Source: Squalus acanthias
Lineage: Eukaryota
Direction of reading: 5' to 3'
Assembly (NCBI GenBank): GCA_030390025.1
Contig: JASTWF010000033.1
Coordinates: 2,792,001-2,856,000 of the forward strand
DNA: 64,000 bases
The number at the start of each line of letters is the position of its first letter. The stretch's first letter is position 1. A model generated the notes under the pieces. It was not told the DNA's origin and did no database searches. It worked only from the letters and a program-made list of their open reading frames with translations. Position numbers and translations under genes: made by a program. Below, piece by piece: positions 38,390-50,089 of this stretch.

Positions 38390-39305
38390 AGGACCCTCGT
38401 GATTTTGAACACCTTTATCAGATCTCCGCGCAAACTTCTCTGCTCTAAGGAGAACAACGACAGCTTCTCCAGTCTATCCACGTAAATGAAGTCCCTCATA
38501 CCCCGAAACATGCTTGTGAAACTTTTCTGCCTTCACATCCTTCCTAAAATGTTGTGCCCAGAATCCTCCACCTGAGGCCGAACCAATGATGTATAAATGT
38601 TTAGCATTACTTCCTTGCTTTTGTACTCTATGACTCTATTAATAAAGATGATGTGGAGATGCCGGTGTTGGACTGGGGTGGAGAAATGTGAGAAGTCGCA
38701 CACCACCAGGTTATAGTCCAACAGCTTTATTTGAAATCACAAGCTTTCGGAGCGGCTGCTCCTTCGTCGGGTGAAGAAGGTCACCTGATGAATGAGCAGC
38801 GCTCCGAAAGCTTGTGATTTCAAATTAAGCTGTTGGACTATAACCTGGTGTTGAGCGACTTCTCCCATCTATTAATAAAGCCAAGGATCCCGTATGCTTT
38901 TCAACAGCCTTCTCAACTTGTCCCGCCACCTTCAAAGATAGATCAATCTTTGGTAAATCCAGGTCTCTCTGTTCCTGCACACGATTTAAAATTATACCAT
39001 TTAGTTTATATCGCCTCAGTTCAATCTTCCGCCCAAAATGGATCACTTCACACTTCTCTGTTAAATTCCTTCTGCTATTTCTCTGCCCATTTCACCACTC
39101 TGTAAATGTCCTCATGAAGTCTGTTACGTTCTGTCTCATTATTTAGTACATTTCTGAGTTTCCTGTCATCTGCAAACTTTGAAATGATGCCCAGTATTCC
39201 CAAGTCCAGGTCATTAATATATATCAAAAAGAGCAGTGATCCTAAAACCGACCCCTGGGGAACACCACTGTATACTTCCTTCCTGTCTGAAAACTAACCG
39301 TTCAC
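38390..39305 (-). mobile_element. CR1 fragment hosting a Penelope-like hairpin (paralog ~48360-49315)
   Basis: LEKLSLFSLEQR.LRGDL ORF 38323-38511; colinear with 48670-49310. Confidence 0.75.
38648..38867. mobile_element. Penelope-like hairpin insertion with hammerhead motif
   Basis: Imperfect palindrome ~38690-38864; TSD tctattaataaag (38635-38647, 38868-38880); empty site near 48920; tcac-CTGATGA...GAAA-gctt-gtga at 38781-38817. Confidence 0.85.
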
Positions 39306-39994
39306 CCCTGTTTACAATTAATACACGTGCACAGCATCACACTCATTCTATAAACACCCATTTTATATATAAACACCACACCCATATACGCAACAACAAA
39401 AACAACTTGCATTTATATAGCGCCTTTAAAGTAGTAAATCGTCCCAAGGTGCTTCACAGGAACGATTATCAGACAGAATTTGACACCGAGCCACATAAGG
39501 AGATATTAGGACAGATGACCGAAAGCTTGATCAACTTGAACGATTTTAAGGAGCGTCTTAAAGGAGGAAAGAGAGGCGGAGAGCTTTAGGGAGGAAATTC
39601 CAGAGCTTAAGTCCTTGGCTCATACACCCACAGTTTATATTTGTACACGGCCTTGTTAGCAGTTCTGAATATTGTCCACACGCCGCAAGTTTAATTGTTT
39701 TTCAAAAGCTGCTCGACCTGTTGTGTATTTTGAGCAGTTTCCCAGTTTATTTCCCTGTGATGTGATGATTGTGGGGGCTCGGTGCGTGTAATTTGATTTT
39801 CTGCAGTTCCCCGGCAGGAGGTGGTGAAAGCGGGCGTGAGACGGTGACTGACAGGTGAGCGCTGCTTCTGATGCTGTCTGACACCCGCTGGGAGTGGGCG
39901 GGGATTTTAAAGCCCTTTCATTCGTCCAAGGCAGTAGAAATGAAACAGTGTTTGAGGAACGTGTATATTTACAAACATCCCCGCTTTTAATGTT

Positions 39995-40066
39995 GAACTC
40001 GTGGCGCAACGGTAGCGCGTCTGACTTCTGATTAGAAGACTGCGTGTTCAAATCACGTCGGGGTCA
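39995..40066 (+). tRNA. tRNA-Trp-type body with anticodon changed to TCT
   Basis: gaactcgtggcgcaacggtagcgcgtctgacTTCTgattagaagactgcgtgttcaaatcacgtcggggtca; A and B boxes intact. Confidence 0.8.
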
Positions 40067-40757
40067 CTGTTATATTGGATAATCCCGGAGTTAATATTTT
40101 CTTTGCAGTTTCACAATAATCAGATCCTTGCTCGAAAGTCTGTCTCGCTGTTTCCCCAATGTCAGGGAGAGAAGCGCCTGATGCCCTCATGTATTTAATT
40201 TTACTATTCACAAATACAGTTATTCATTCAAAATCAACCTGCAGGTGGCCACACATAGAATAAACAGAGCCAGAGAGACAGACAGAATCGGGAAACACCG
40301 GGAAATAGGCAAGAGATATTGAATAGCAGATGTTTCCGAGACCAGAACCTGTCATTATTGATGAAGAACTGGAGCCTGTCCCAAATACTATTAACACAGA
40401 GCTGGATATACTGTGGTTTATAAAGATTGCTGATATTGCAGCCCACCTGTCCTCTCTCGGCACTTGGTTCTACCCATAGCCCTGAATAAAGCAGGTAATG
40501 ACCTGGGGAGTGGATTACCTGAAGAAACTGAAGATGAGAACTCTGCTTCTCAGATTGCTGGAAAGATGCTGTAGTTTTGTGTCTAAAAGCGCTTTGCGAT
40601 CAGAACATTGTCTGAAGCCCTGTGGTTAATGAAAGGGCTTTTGATGCTTGATTTTCTTGCACAGCTTTGAATTCAGGAAAACCTGGTTCGTGGTTTGCAG
40701 AACAAGTTAAACCCCTGGAGCGGAGCCACTAGGCGCCTGGCTGCAACCAGTGATGAG

Positions 40758-40831
40758 GCCCGGCGAGCTCAGTCGGTCAGAGTGTGAGACTCTTAATTTC
40801 AGGTTCGTTGGTTCGAGCCCCACGTTGGATG
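40758..40831 (+). tRNA. tRNA-Lys(CTT), degenerate
   Basis: gcccggcgagctcagtcggt..gagactcttaat..ggttcgagccccacgttgg. Confidence 0.82.
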
Positions 40832-41306
40832 ATAGCATTTTGTTAAAATTTTGTGTTGCTTTCACGGGAAAGCTTCATTAATTAACGGATAATCTTCTTT
40901 TGCACAATGAAAGAAATGCTTACTGAGGGAGAGTCGGTAGTTCAATAATTTGTTTTGCACTTTGCATGTTAACTGTTGCCCATATCTCATTTTACACACT
41001 GGACTTCAGGAGTCTGGCTTAAAAATGTGCATTGTTGATGACACCAGGAATCTGGGGCAACTATTGTCAAATTTATCAGGACCGGTTATTTCTACCGTGT
41101 ACAGAAAATAGAATCAATAGTGAACATAAAACCTCATTGTGCTGAATTTCAGATTCAACGCAGTCACCTTTGAAATAAAGGGAAATTATTTTACAGTGAA
41201 AAGATTGGGAAGTAAGTGTTACTCGTATTTGTGCCTTTAATTAAAGGTTGTGGCGTCTGACTCCCGTTCATATTTCTTCTTCCTCTGTTGAATAACAAAG
41301 TGGGAA

Positions 41307-41359
41307 TGACGTTGACCAGACTGCACTCGCCCTGATGTGTGTGAGCTCATCCTTATATT
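41307..41359 (+). promoter_or_regulatory. Candidate upstream elements of vault RNA (CRE-like TGACGT 41307-41312; TATA-like ttatatt 41353-41359)
   Basis: Positions about -76 and -28 from the RNA start; TGACGT is also present upstream of the 30864 copy. Confidence 0.45.
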
Positions 41360-41382
41360 GAGCGGTTTCTCAACATTTGACC

Positions 41383-41472
41383 GACGTCAGCTTTAGCTCA
41401 GCGGTTACTTCGTAGTACCAACTTAATTCTAAGTTCGAACCCTCTCTCACCGCGGGCGCTGCTTGGCGTTTT
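41383..41472 (+). ncRNA. Vault RNA (vtRNA), apparently intact
   Basis: GCTTTAGCTCAGCGGTTACTTCG (vault box A region), GTTCGAACC box B, CCGCGGGCGCT, terminal stem ACGTCAGC/GCTTGGCGT, TTTT terminator. Confidence 0.88.
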
Positions 41473-42606
41473 ATTGTCATTTACAACCCCCTGCTTTTAC
41501 ACCGAAACAAATTGTAACGGTGATTTCAATTTAGCTGTGTGAGATTTTTAGAGGGCAACTTTAAACGATTCATTGCCGATTCCTGTCAGCATTACGACCC
41601 GTGTTCGAATCCCGATTATAGAATTAACTTTGATATCAACGTTTTTAATTAATTAATGCGAAGTAATTTTATTAAATTACAAACATGCATCTAATGTGAA
41701 AAATAAGAATTGTTTTAATGACCATTATTGAACCAATAACTTTCTGTTGCAGAATGAAATACATTATAATATGGTTACTGAGGGACAGTCAAAACTTCAG
41801 TCATTTAATTTGCTCTTTGCCTGTGCTGAACTGTTAACCTATATCTCATTTTACACATTGTACTTTAGGAGAATGTTTTAAAATGTTCATTGGTTGTGAG
41901 AGCAGGGCTCTGGGGTAACTTTTGTCATTTTAACAGGACCGGCTATTTCACATAAAAAAAATTCTCTGACATAATGTTTTCAGACCATACACTGATCGAT
42001 TTTCTTAGGCCCCAAGTGGATGATCTGACACTTGCCCACGTTCAACTCCATTAATTGCTGTTCAGGGGAGATTTAATAGAACTGTTCAAAATTATGGGGG
42101 AAACTGTTTCCACTGGCAGGAGGGTCAGTAGGGCTGTGGGGGAAGAGCAGCGGAGTGGGACTAATTGGATAGCTCTTTCAATGATGCTGCATCAATTGTT
42201 CATTTTAATCTGTGATTGATAGATTTTTGTTAACCAAAGGTATTAAGGGATAATTCAAGTCTGTGAGACACTTTATAATTGATTCAATCATCATTAATCA
42301 ACACACAACATTGTGTTGCACACTGCATGAATTGTTAACAAGTTTACTGGGTGACAGCCAAAATTGAATAACCTATTATAGAATCATAGAATCATACACC
42401 ACTGAAGGAGGCCATTTTGCCAATAGTGCCTGTGCCGGCTCTTTGAAAGAGCAATTCAATAATTCCCACTCCCCAGCTCTTTTTCCAAAGACCTGCAAGT
42501 GTTTCTTTTTCAATGTATTTCCCTTTTGAAAGTTAATATTGAATCTGCTTCCACCACCCTGTCAGGCAGAATATATATGTACATCAATGTTATCCAAGTC
42601 CCATTT

Positions 42607-44143
42607 AACATAGAAACATAGAAAATAGGTACAGGAGTAGACCATTCGGTCCTTCGAGCCTGCACCGCCATTCAATGCGTTCATGGCTGAACATGCTACC
42701 TCAGTACCCCATTCCTGCTTTCTCGCCATACCCCTTGATCCCCTTAGTTGTGAGTGTTATATCTAACTCCCTTTTGAATATATTTAGCGAACTGGCCTCA
42801 ACAACCTTCTGTGGAAGAGAATTCCATAGATTCACCACTCTCTGGGTGAAGAAGTTCCTCCTCAGCTCAGTCCTAAATGGCTTCCCCTTAATCCTTAGAC
42901 TGTGACCCCTGGTTCTAGTTTTCTCTACCATTGGGAACATTCTGCCTGCATCTAATTTGTCTAAACCAGTCAGGATTTTAAATGTCTCTATAAGATCCCC
43001 CCTCATTCTTCTGAACTCCAGAGGATACAAGTTCAGTTGACCCAATCTTTCTTGATATGTCAGTCCGGCCATCCCAGGAATCAATCTAGTGAACCTTCGC
43101 TGCACTCCCTCAATAGCAAGAATATCCTTCCTTAAGTTAGGAGACCAAAACTGCGCACAATACTCCAGGTGTGGCCTCACCAAGGCCCTGTACAACTGTA
43201 GCATCACCTCCCTACTCCTGTACTCAAATCCCCTTGCTATGAAGGCCATCATTCCGTTTGCTTTCTTGACTGCCTGCTGCACTTGCATTTCCACCTTCAG
43301 TGACTGATGTACCATGACGCCCAGGTCTCGTTGCACGTCCCCTTTCCCTAATCTGCCACCATTCAGGTAATAGTCCGCCTCTCTATTTTTACCACCAAAG
43401 TCGATAACCTCACATTTATCCACATTGTACTTCATCTGCCATACATTTGCCCATTCACCCAACCTGTCCAAGTCACTCTGTAGCCTCCTAGCATCCTCCT
43501 CATTGTTCACACTGCCTCCCAATTTAGTGTCATCCGCAAATTTGGAGATATTACATTTAATCCCTTCGTCCAAATCATTAATATATAATGTAAACAGCTG
43601 GGGTCCCAGCACCGAACCCTGCGGTACCCCGCTGGTCACTGCCTGCCATTCTGAAAAGTACCCATTTACTTCTACTCTTTGTTTCCTGTGTGCCAACCAG
43701 TTCTCAATCCACGTCAACACATTACCCCCAATCCCATGTGCTTTAACTTTTTCACCAATCTCTTGTGTGGGACCTTGTCGAAGGCCTTCTGGAAGTCCAA
43801 ATACACCACATCTACTGGTTCCCCCCTGTCCAGCCTATTGGAAACATCCTCAAAAAATTCCAGAAGATTTGTCAAGCATGATTTCCCTTTCACAAATCCA
43901 TGCTGACTTGGACCTATCATGTCGCCACTTTCCAAATGGTCTGTTATGACATCTTTAATAATTGCTTCCATCATTTTACCCACGACCGATGTCAGGCTGA
44001 CCGGTCTATAATTCCCTGCTTTCTCCCTCCCTCCTTTTTTAAAAAGAGGGGTTACATTGGCCACCCTCCACTCCATCGGAACTGATCCAGAGTCTAAGGA
44101 ATGTTGGAAAATGATCGTCAATGCATCCACTATTTCCAAGGCC
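42607..44143 (-). mobile_element. Young 5'-truncated CR1 LINE inserted in cassette copy B
   Basis: ORFs 43714-44139 and 42701-43720 (one frameshift) with RT motifs; absent from the paralog near 32320 (cccatttcacacag). Confidence 0.92.
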
Positions 44144-44723
44144 TTTCACACAGTAATTTTCCTGCTCTGCATGTCATGAACTTTCATCCCTTCTCATTTT
44201 GCACACTCTATTTTAGGAGTTTGCTTAAAAATGCTCGGTGCCTGTGATATCCGCCATGATTAGATTTAAAAAGATTGTAGCCGCTTTCCTTGCAAATCTC
44301 TACCCCAAAGTGCTGATGATGCTCATTCGTTGAGGAAATTCAAGGCTGAGATCAACAGATTTTTGGACTGTAGGGGAATCAAGGGATATGGGGATAGGCA
44401 GGAAAGTCGAAGATCAGCCATTATCTGATTGAATGGCGGTGCAGGCTCGGGGGGCCATATGGCCGACTCCTGCTCCTAATTCTTTCGTTCTTATGTTCTT
44501 TCACAGGAGAGCAAACTCGCCCCTGGACATGTATAAGGAGGAAGTTCCAACAAAATGTTTCCGCAAACGTGAAAGCTCCTACACTGCGGAAACGTCTCCA
44601 CTTTCAGTACCAGGTCAAATGGAAATATTAAGCGAGCAGGTAAACCATTGAATCCCACTTTTGAGTGATGTCCCAAAGCACATCACAAGAAAAGAGTTGC
44701 ACTTAATAATTAAACATACGCAA

Positions 44724-44806
44724 TGTCAGAAGTGGGATTCGAGCGCACGCCTCCAGAGAAAACTGCGACTTGAACACAGCACCTTAGACCACTCGGCCAT
44801 CCTGAC
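44724..44806 (-). tRNA. tRNA-Leu (CAG-type body, anticodon reads CAA), degenerate
   Basis: Reverse complement gtcaggatggccgagtggtctaaggtgctgtgttCAAgtcgcag...gctcgaatcccacttctgaca; B box mutated. Confidence 0.82.
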
Positions 44807-45452
44807 TGCTGGAAAACTTAATTGTAACTTATCACTTCCGCATTTAGAAATTTTCAATCCGGGTGCTTGTTCAATGCTGCTCGGAGGCTCAGTGACCGGG
44901 ACATCATCTCCCCCGGGGTTTTACTGAGCCTGTGCTCGGTGTATGAGGAGGTTTAGCCCGGGTCCGTGGTATCTTGCAGCCCAGGGATGGACAATAACCC
45001 TCTGAGCTCTGGAGCTGGGGAAGAGCGAGTAAATAATGGTTTTTTTTTCCGCGTCTGAAATGCGGCTCAGTTCTGTTGGTATTAACCGAGGCCGGGGCTG
45101 CGAGATGTTGCTTTTTGTTCACGTTTATTCAGAGGAATATCCGCAGTCAGGAGCTGAAAAGGGCCGAGAGCTGAAAAAACACAAGAAACTGAGAAGAAAT
45201 GTAAGGAATTGTGATAAACTCTTTAAAGTGTTTTCTGGTAGTTTAGTGGTTTAATTGTTTTAATCACCATTCATTAACCGATAGCGTTGTTTTTACAGAA
45301 TGAAGGAAATGCTCACACTGAGGGACAGTCGCAACTTCAACAACTTAACTTTAATAATTTGCGCAACTTTATTCATTGATGCATTTTTTTCCCCTATCTG
45401 AATTTACACACTGCGTATTAATTTATTTCACAGAAAAAATGCTCTCGAAAAT

Positions 45453-46231
45453 TGGGCCTGCTATTCTGATCCCTTCGAGTGACTTCGGGCTGTGTACACA
45501 TCCGTAGGAACATCAAAAAATGTCGGGGTCAGGATGCGAAGCGCATGCTCTGAAAACCGGCATTTCCGTTCTGTCAAGAATGCGCTCGACAGTTCGGACG
45601 CCTGCCATGGAGAAGGGCCTCTGCTGGCGGATAGTTCCGCTTTCTGGACCAGATCTGCCCGAAGAAAACGCTAAAAAAATCTTAAGCCTGGTAAAAGCGT
45701 AAGGCCTGCTTTTACCAGCATAAGATTTGAAAAGAAGTTTACATTTTTTTTCACTCATTTATCATTTAAAAATACTTTAAAAAAAGGTAAGGTTATTTTT
45801 AGCTGCGTAATAAACTTTAATTATTTTCTTTCAATAAATTAAATTTTTGTTTAAAATATTTAATGTATTGTAATTTCAAATAATTTTAAAAATGTGATTT
45901 AAAAAAAAAATATTTAACTTGATTTAAAAAAAATATTTAACGTTTTACAGTGTTTTGTGCTGATCTCCATACATATATTTGACAGGTCTAACTGTCAAGT
46001 GTATGAAGGGAGATTCCCTTTGTTGATTGGTTCCCCATGGTCCACGTGATCCCAGGAAGGCTTGCAAGTCGCTTGCAGCTCTGGGATACGTGGGTCCTGC
46101 AAATTTCCTGTTAGCAGCGGCCCAGAAGCGGAAGTGTCCGGACCTCGGAAGTCCTCAGGTAAGTCTGTAGCTTTTTTTCCAGATCGGAGTTCTCCGCACA
46201 CAGGAACTCTTCGATCGGAAAATATGGCCCA
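45453..46231. mobile_element. Non-autonomous DNA transposon / MITE, family unresolved
   Basis: Imperfect TIRs tgggcctgctattctgatc / gatcggaaaatatggccca; AT-rich core; absent from the paralog near 33635. Confidence 0.7.
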
Positions 46232-46232
46232 A

Positions 46233-46305
46233 TATTTCCGCCCGGCATTGAACCGTGGACTTTTTGCGTGTAAGGTGAACGTGATAACCGGTACATTACA
46301 TAAAC
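46233..46305 (-). pseudogene. tRNA-Val(TAC) pseudogene
   Basis: tatttccgcccgg...gcgtgtaaggtgaacgtgataacc..tacattacataaac. Confidence 0.78.
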
Positions 46306-46759
46306 CTCTGATTAACATAGCATCCAGAAAGATCTGTTCAGCCAGAAGGTGAAATGCTGAGTCGCAGATTCTGGATTAATTTCCTATCACTGACATTTGT
46401 CTGACCGAAACTGCCAAGACAAGAATGTTATTTTCAAATTCATTAAACTCCCGAATTTCCTTCTCCCGAATCTTCTGAATCAGATGCCTCCAGTTTTGAC
46501 CACGCAATCTATGTCCCTTTGCAATTTTCTGCTCCCATCCACACTACTTACTGTGCCGATAACTTAATGTGGATAAACTTGGTAATATACACATATAGAA
46601 GACTTTTGGATTACCTTTTATGTTAGCAGCCATTCTATTCTCATACCCTCTCTTTCCCCTCTTATTTTCCTTTTCACTTCTCCTCTGAACTTTCTATATT
46701 CAGCCTGATTCTCAGATATATTAGGATAGTTGAAGTTTCCCTTTATCACTGCTCTATAT

Positions 46760-47362
46760 TTCATAGTCATAGAGTCATAACGGCACATAAGAAGGCCATT
46801 CGGCCCATCGAGTCCGTGCCGGCTCTCTGTAGAGCAATCCAGTCAGTCCCATTACCCCCGCTCTGTCCCCGTAGCCCTGCAGGCTTATTTCCCTCAAGTG
46901 CCTATCCAATCTCCACTTGAAAACATTGAGTGTATCCATTTCCAACACTTCCGTCGGCAGCGAATTCCAGGTCCTCACCACTCGCTGCGTAAAAAAGTTT
47001 CCCCTGTATCTCTTGCCCAAAACCTTAAATCTGTGTCCCCTAGTCCTTGTACCATCAACTAGTGGCAGCAGCCTTTCCCTGTCTAACCTATCCGAACCCG
47101 TCATAATCTTGTACACCTCTATCAAATCACCCCTCAACCTCTTTTTCTTAAAATACTCCGATGCAGCGCCTTGGGATGTTTTATTACTTTAAAGGCGCTA
47201 TATAAATACAAGTTGTTGTTGTTGTAATGAAAACAAATGTAGATTCTCCAACCTGTCCTTGGAGCTAAGATCCCCCATCCCTGGAAAGGTTCTGGTAAAT
47301 CTCCACTGCACCCTCTCCAGGGCCTTCACATCCTTCCTAAAGTGTGGTGACCAGAACTGGAA
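46760..47362 (-). mobile_element. CR1 LINE 3' part (paralog of 34170-34780)
   Basis: ORF 46775-47137 RGDLIEVYKIM...FFTQRVV. Confidence 0.8.
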
Positions 47363-47539
47363 GCAGGGGGTGAAAGCGGCCGTGAGACGGTGACTGACAG
47401 GTGAGCGCTGCTTCTGATGCTGTCTGACACCCGCTGGGAGTGGGCGGGGATTTTTAATCCTTTTAAGTATTCCAAGTCATACAACTGAAACAGTTTTTGA
47501 GGAACATGCATATCTACAATCATCTCAGTTTTCACTGTG

Positions 47540-47611
47540 GACATCGTGGCGCAACGGTAGCGCGTCTAACTCCACATCAGAAGGCTGCGTGGTCAAATCA
47601 CATCGGGGTCA
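47540..47611 (+). tRNA. tRNA-Trp(CCA), degenerate
   Basis: gacatcgtggcgcaacggtagcgcgtctaactccacatcagaaggctgcgtggtcaaatcacatcggggtca; B box mutated. Confidence 0.82.
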
Positions 47612-48060
47612 CTGTTGTTTACGATAATCCCGGAATTAATATTTTATTTGCTGTTTCACCAGAACCTTGCTCCAAAGACTGTCTTACTGTTTCCCCAGTG
47701 TCAGGGAAAGAATCGCCAGAATTCCTCATTTATTTAATATGACAAGACACAAGCACAGGTATACGTTCAAAATCAACCTGCAGGTGGCCACACACAGAAT
47801 AAAGAGAGCCAGAGAGACAGACAAAATCGGGAAACACCGGGAAACAGACAAGAGATATTGAGAAGGAATGAAAGCGCTTTGAGATCAGAAAATTGCCTGA
47901 AACCCTGTGGTTAATGAAAGGGCTTTTGATGCTTGATTTCCTTACACACCTTGGAATTCAGGAGAACCTGGCTCGTGGTTTGCAGAACAAGTTAAACCCC
48001 TGGGGCGGAGCCACTAGGCGCCTGGCTGCAATCAGAGACAAGGACGTACGAGCTTGTCAG

Positions 48061-48135
48061 GCCCGGCCAGCTCAGTCGGGAGAGCCTGAGACTCTTAATC
48101 TCAGGGTCGTGGGTTCGAGCCCCAATAATTGGGCG
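48061..48135 (+). tRNA. tRNA-Lys(CTT), degenerate
   Basis: gcccggccagctcagtcgggagagcctgagactcttaatctcagggtcgtgggttcgagcccc..ttgggcg. Confidence 0.85.
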
Positions 48136-48354
48136 AATGCTGTTTGTTAAACATGTATGCTGCTTCCACGGGAAAGCGTCATTAATTAACCGATAACCTT
48201 CTTTTGCTCAATGAAAGAAATGCTCACTGAGGGAGGGTCGATATACAATAATTTAATTTGTGCTTTGCATGTTACTCATATCTCATTTTGTCAAATTGAA
48301 CAGGACCGGATATTTCTACCGAACACAGAAAATAGAATCAGCAGTGAACATCAA

Positions 48355-49315
48355 AAGCACAGAAGGAGGCCATCCGGCCCATCGAGCACATGCCTGCTCG
48401 CTGCAAAACACTTCAGCTAGTCCCACTCCCCCGCCCTAAGCCCTGCAACATTTTTTTTCCTTCGGGTACTTAACCAATTCCCTTCTGAAAGCCACGATTG
48501 AATCGGTCTCTACCATGCTTTCAGGCAGTGCATTCCAGATCCTTATCACTCGCTCCGTAACGTTTTTTTCCCTCATGTCGTCTTTGGTTCTTCTGCCAAT
48601 CACCTTAAATCTTGATCCTCTGGTTTTCGACCCTTCCGCCAATGGGAACAGTTTCTCTCTATCGACCCTGTCCAGAACCCTCGTGATTTTGAACACATCC
48701 ATCAAATCATCTCGCAATCTTCTCTGCTCTAAGGAGAACAACGACAGCTTCTCCAGTCTATTCACGTAACTGAAGTCACTCATCCGTCGAAACATGCTTG
48801 TGAATCTTTTCTGCCTTCACATCCTTCCTAAAATGTTGTGCCCAGAATCCTCCACCTGAGGCCTAACTAATAATGTATAAAGGCTGAGCATTACTTCCTT
48901 GCTTTTGTAATCTATGACTCTATTAATAAAGCCAAGTATCCCGTATGCTTTTCAACAGCCTTTTCAACTTGTCCCGCCACCTTCAAAGATAGATAAATAC
49001 ACCCCCAGGTCTCTTTGTTCCTGCACCTGATTTAAAATTGTAACATTTAGTTTGTGTTGCATCTCCTCAATCTTCCAACCAAAATGGATCACTTCACACT
49101 TCTCTGTGTTAAATTCCATCTGCTGTGTCTCTGCCCATTCCACCACTCTGTAGATGTCCTCATGAAGTCTGTTACTTTCCGTATCATTGTTTACTACATT
49201 TCTGAGTCTCCTGTCATCTGCAAACTTGGAAATTCTGCCCAGTATACCGAAGTCCAGGTCATTAATATATATGAAAAAGAGCAGTGGTCCTAATACAGAT
49301 CCCTGGGGAACACTA
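48355..49315 (-). mobile_element. CR1 LINE 3' part
   Basis: ORFs 48436-48795 and 48964-49146. Confidence 0.8.
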
Positions 49316-49385
49316 CTTTATCCTCCTCTCCCCTCTTCCCTTGCCTCTGTACTTGCTTAAAACTTGTTACATCTCTAACTTTTTT

Positions 49386-49424
49386 CAGTTCTGACGAGAG
49401 GTCAGCGACCTGAAACGTTAACTG
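49386..49424 (+). ncRNA. Minimal type I hammerhead ribozyme motif in a Penelope-like repeat (family 1; repeat ~49325-49485)
   Basis: cagtt-CTGACGA-g-aggtc agc gacct-GAAA-c-GTT-aactg; stem I CAGTT/AACTG, stem II AGGTC/GACCT. Confidence 0.75.
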
Positions 49425-49899
49425 TGTTTCTCTCTCCACAGATGCTGCCTGACCTGCTGAGTATTTCCAGCATTTCCTCTTTTTAATTAAGACACAAACA
49501 CATTCATTCAAAATCAAAATCAACCTGCAGGTGGCTACACACAGATTAAACAAAGACAGAGAGACAAACAGAATCAGGAACCATCGGGAAATAGACAAGA
49601 GATATTGACAAGGACTGAAAACGCTTTGCTTTCAGAAAATTGCCTGAACGCCTGTAGTCAATTTGATGGTTGATTTCCTTACACACCTTGGAATTCAGGA
49701 GGACCTGGTTCCAGGGGATAGATGGCCTCCTCCTGTTGCTATGTTCCCAAGTGTAAAGTCTGGATCAATTTTTGCCAATCTCACAGTCTTCCTAAATATA
49801 GCACCGCAATCCTATTCTTAGAAAACAAGCCCCTGAAGTATTCGCCAGCTGTGCAGGTTCATACTCTAGTTATGTTCGAAATCTAACGAGCAGCTCAGC

Positions 49900-49970
49900 G
49901 TTTCCTTGGTGTGGTGGTGATCACGTTCACCTAATGCGAAAAATTCCCGGATTGAAACTGAGCGGAAGCA
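49900..49970 (+). pseudogene. tRNA-Val pseudogene
   Basis: gtttccttggtgtggtggtgatcacgttcacctaa..gcgaaa...gcggaagca + T-run. Confidence 0.75.
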
Positions 49971-50089
49971 TTTTTAAAAACATGTTAAACAAAATATTCG
50001 ATAGAATATTAGAATAATTCACATTTGTGGTTCAAGATTAACAACTATTACATTTGCTGTTCCTCTGTACAGTTCTGTTCACACTCACA

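Noticed and set aside
44724..44806. Functional intronless tRNA-Leu(CAA)
   Set aside because: CAG-type body with a single anticodon change, mutated B box and stem mismatches; most simply a pseudogene
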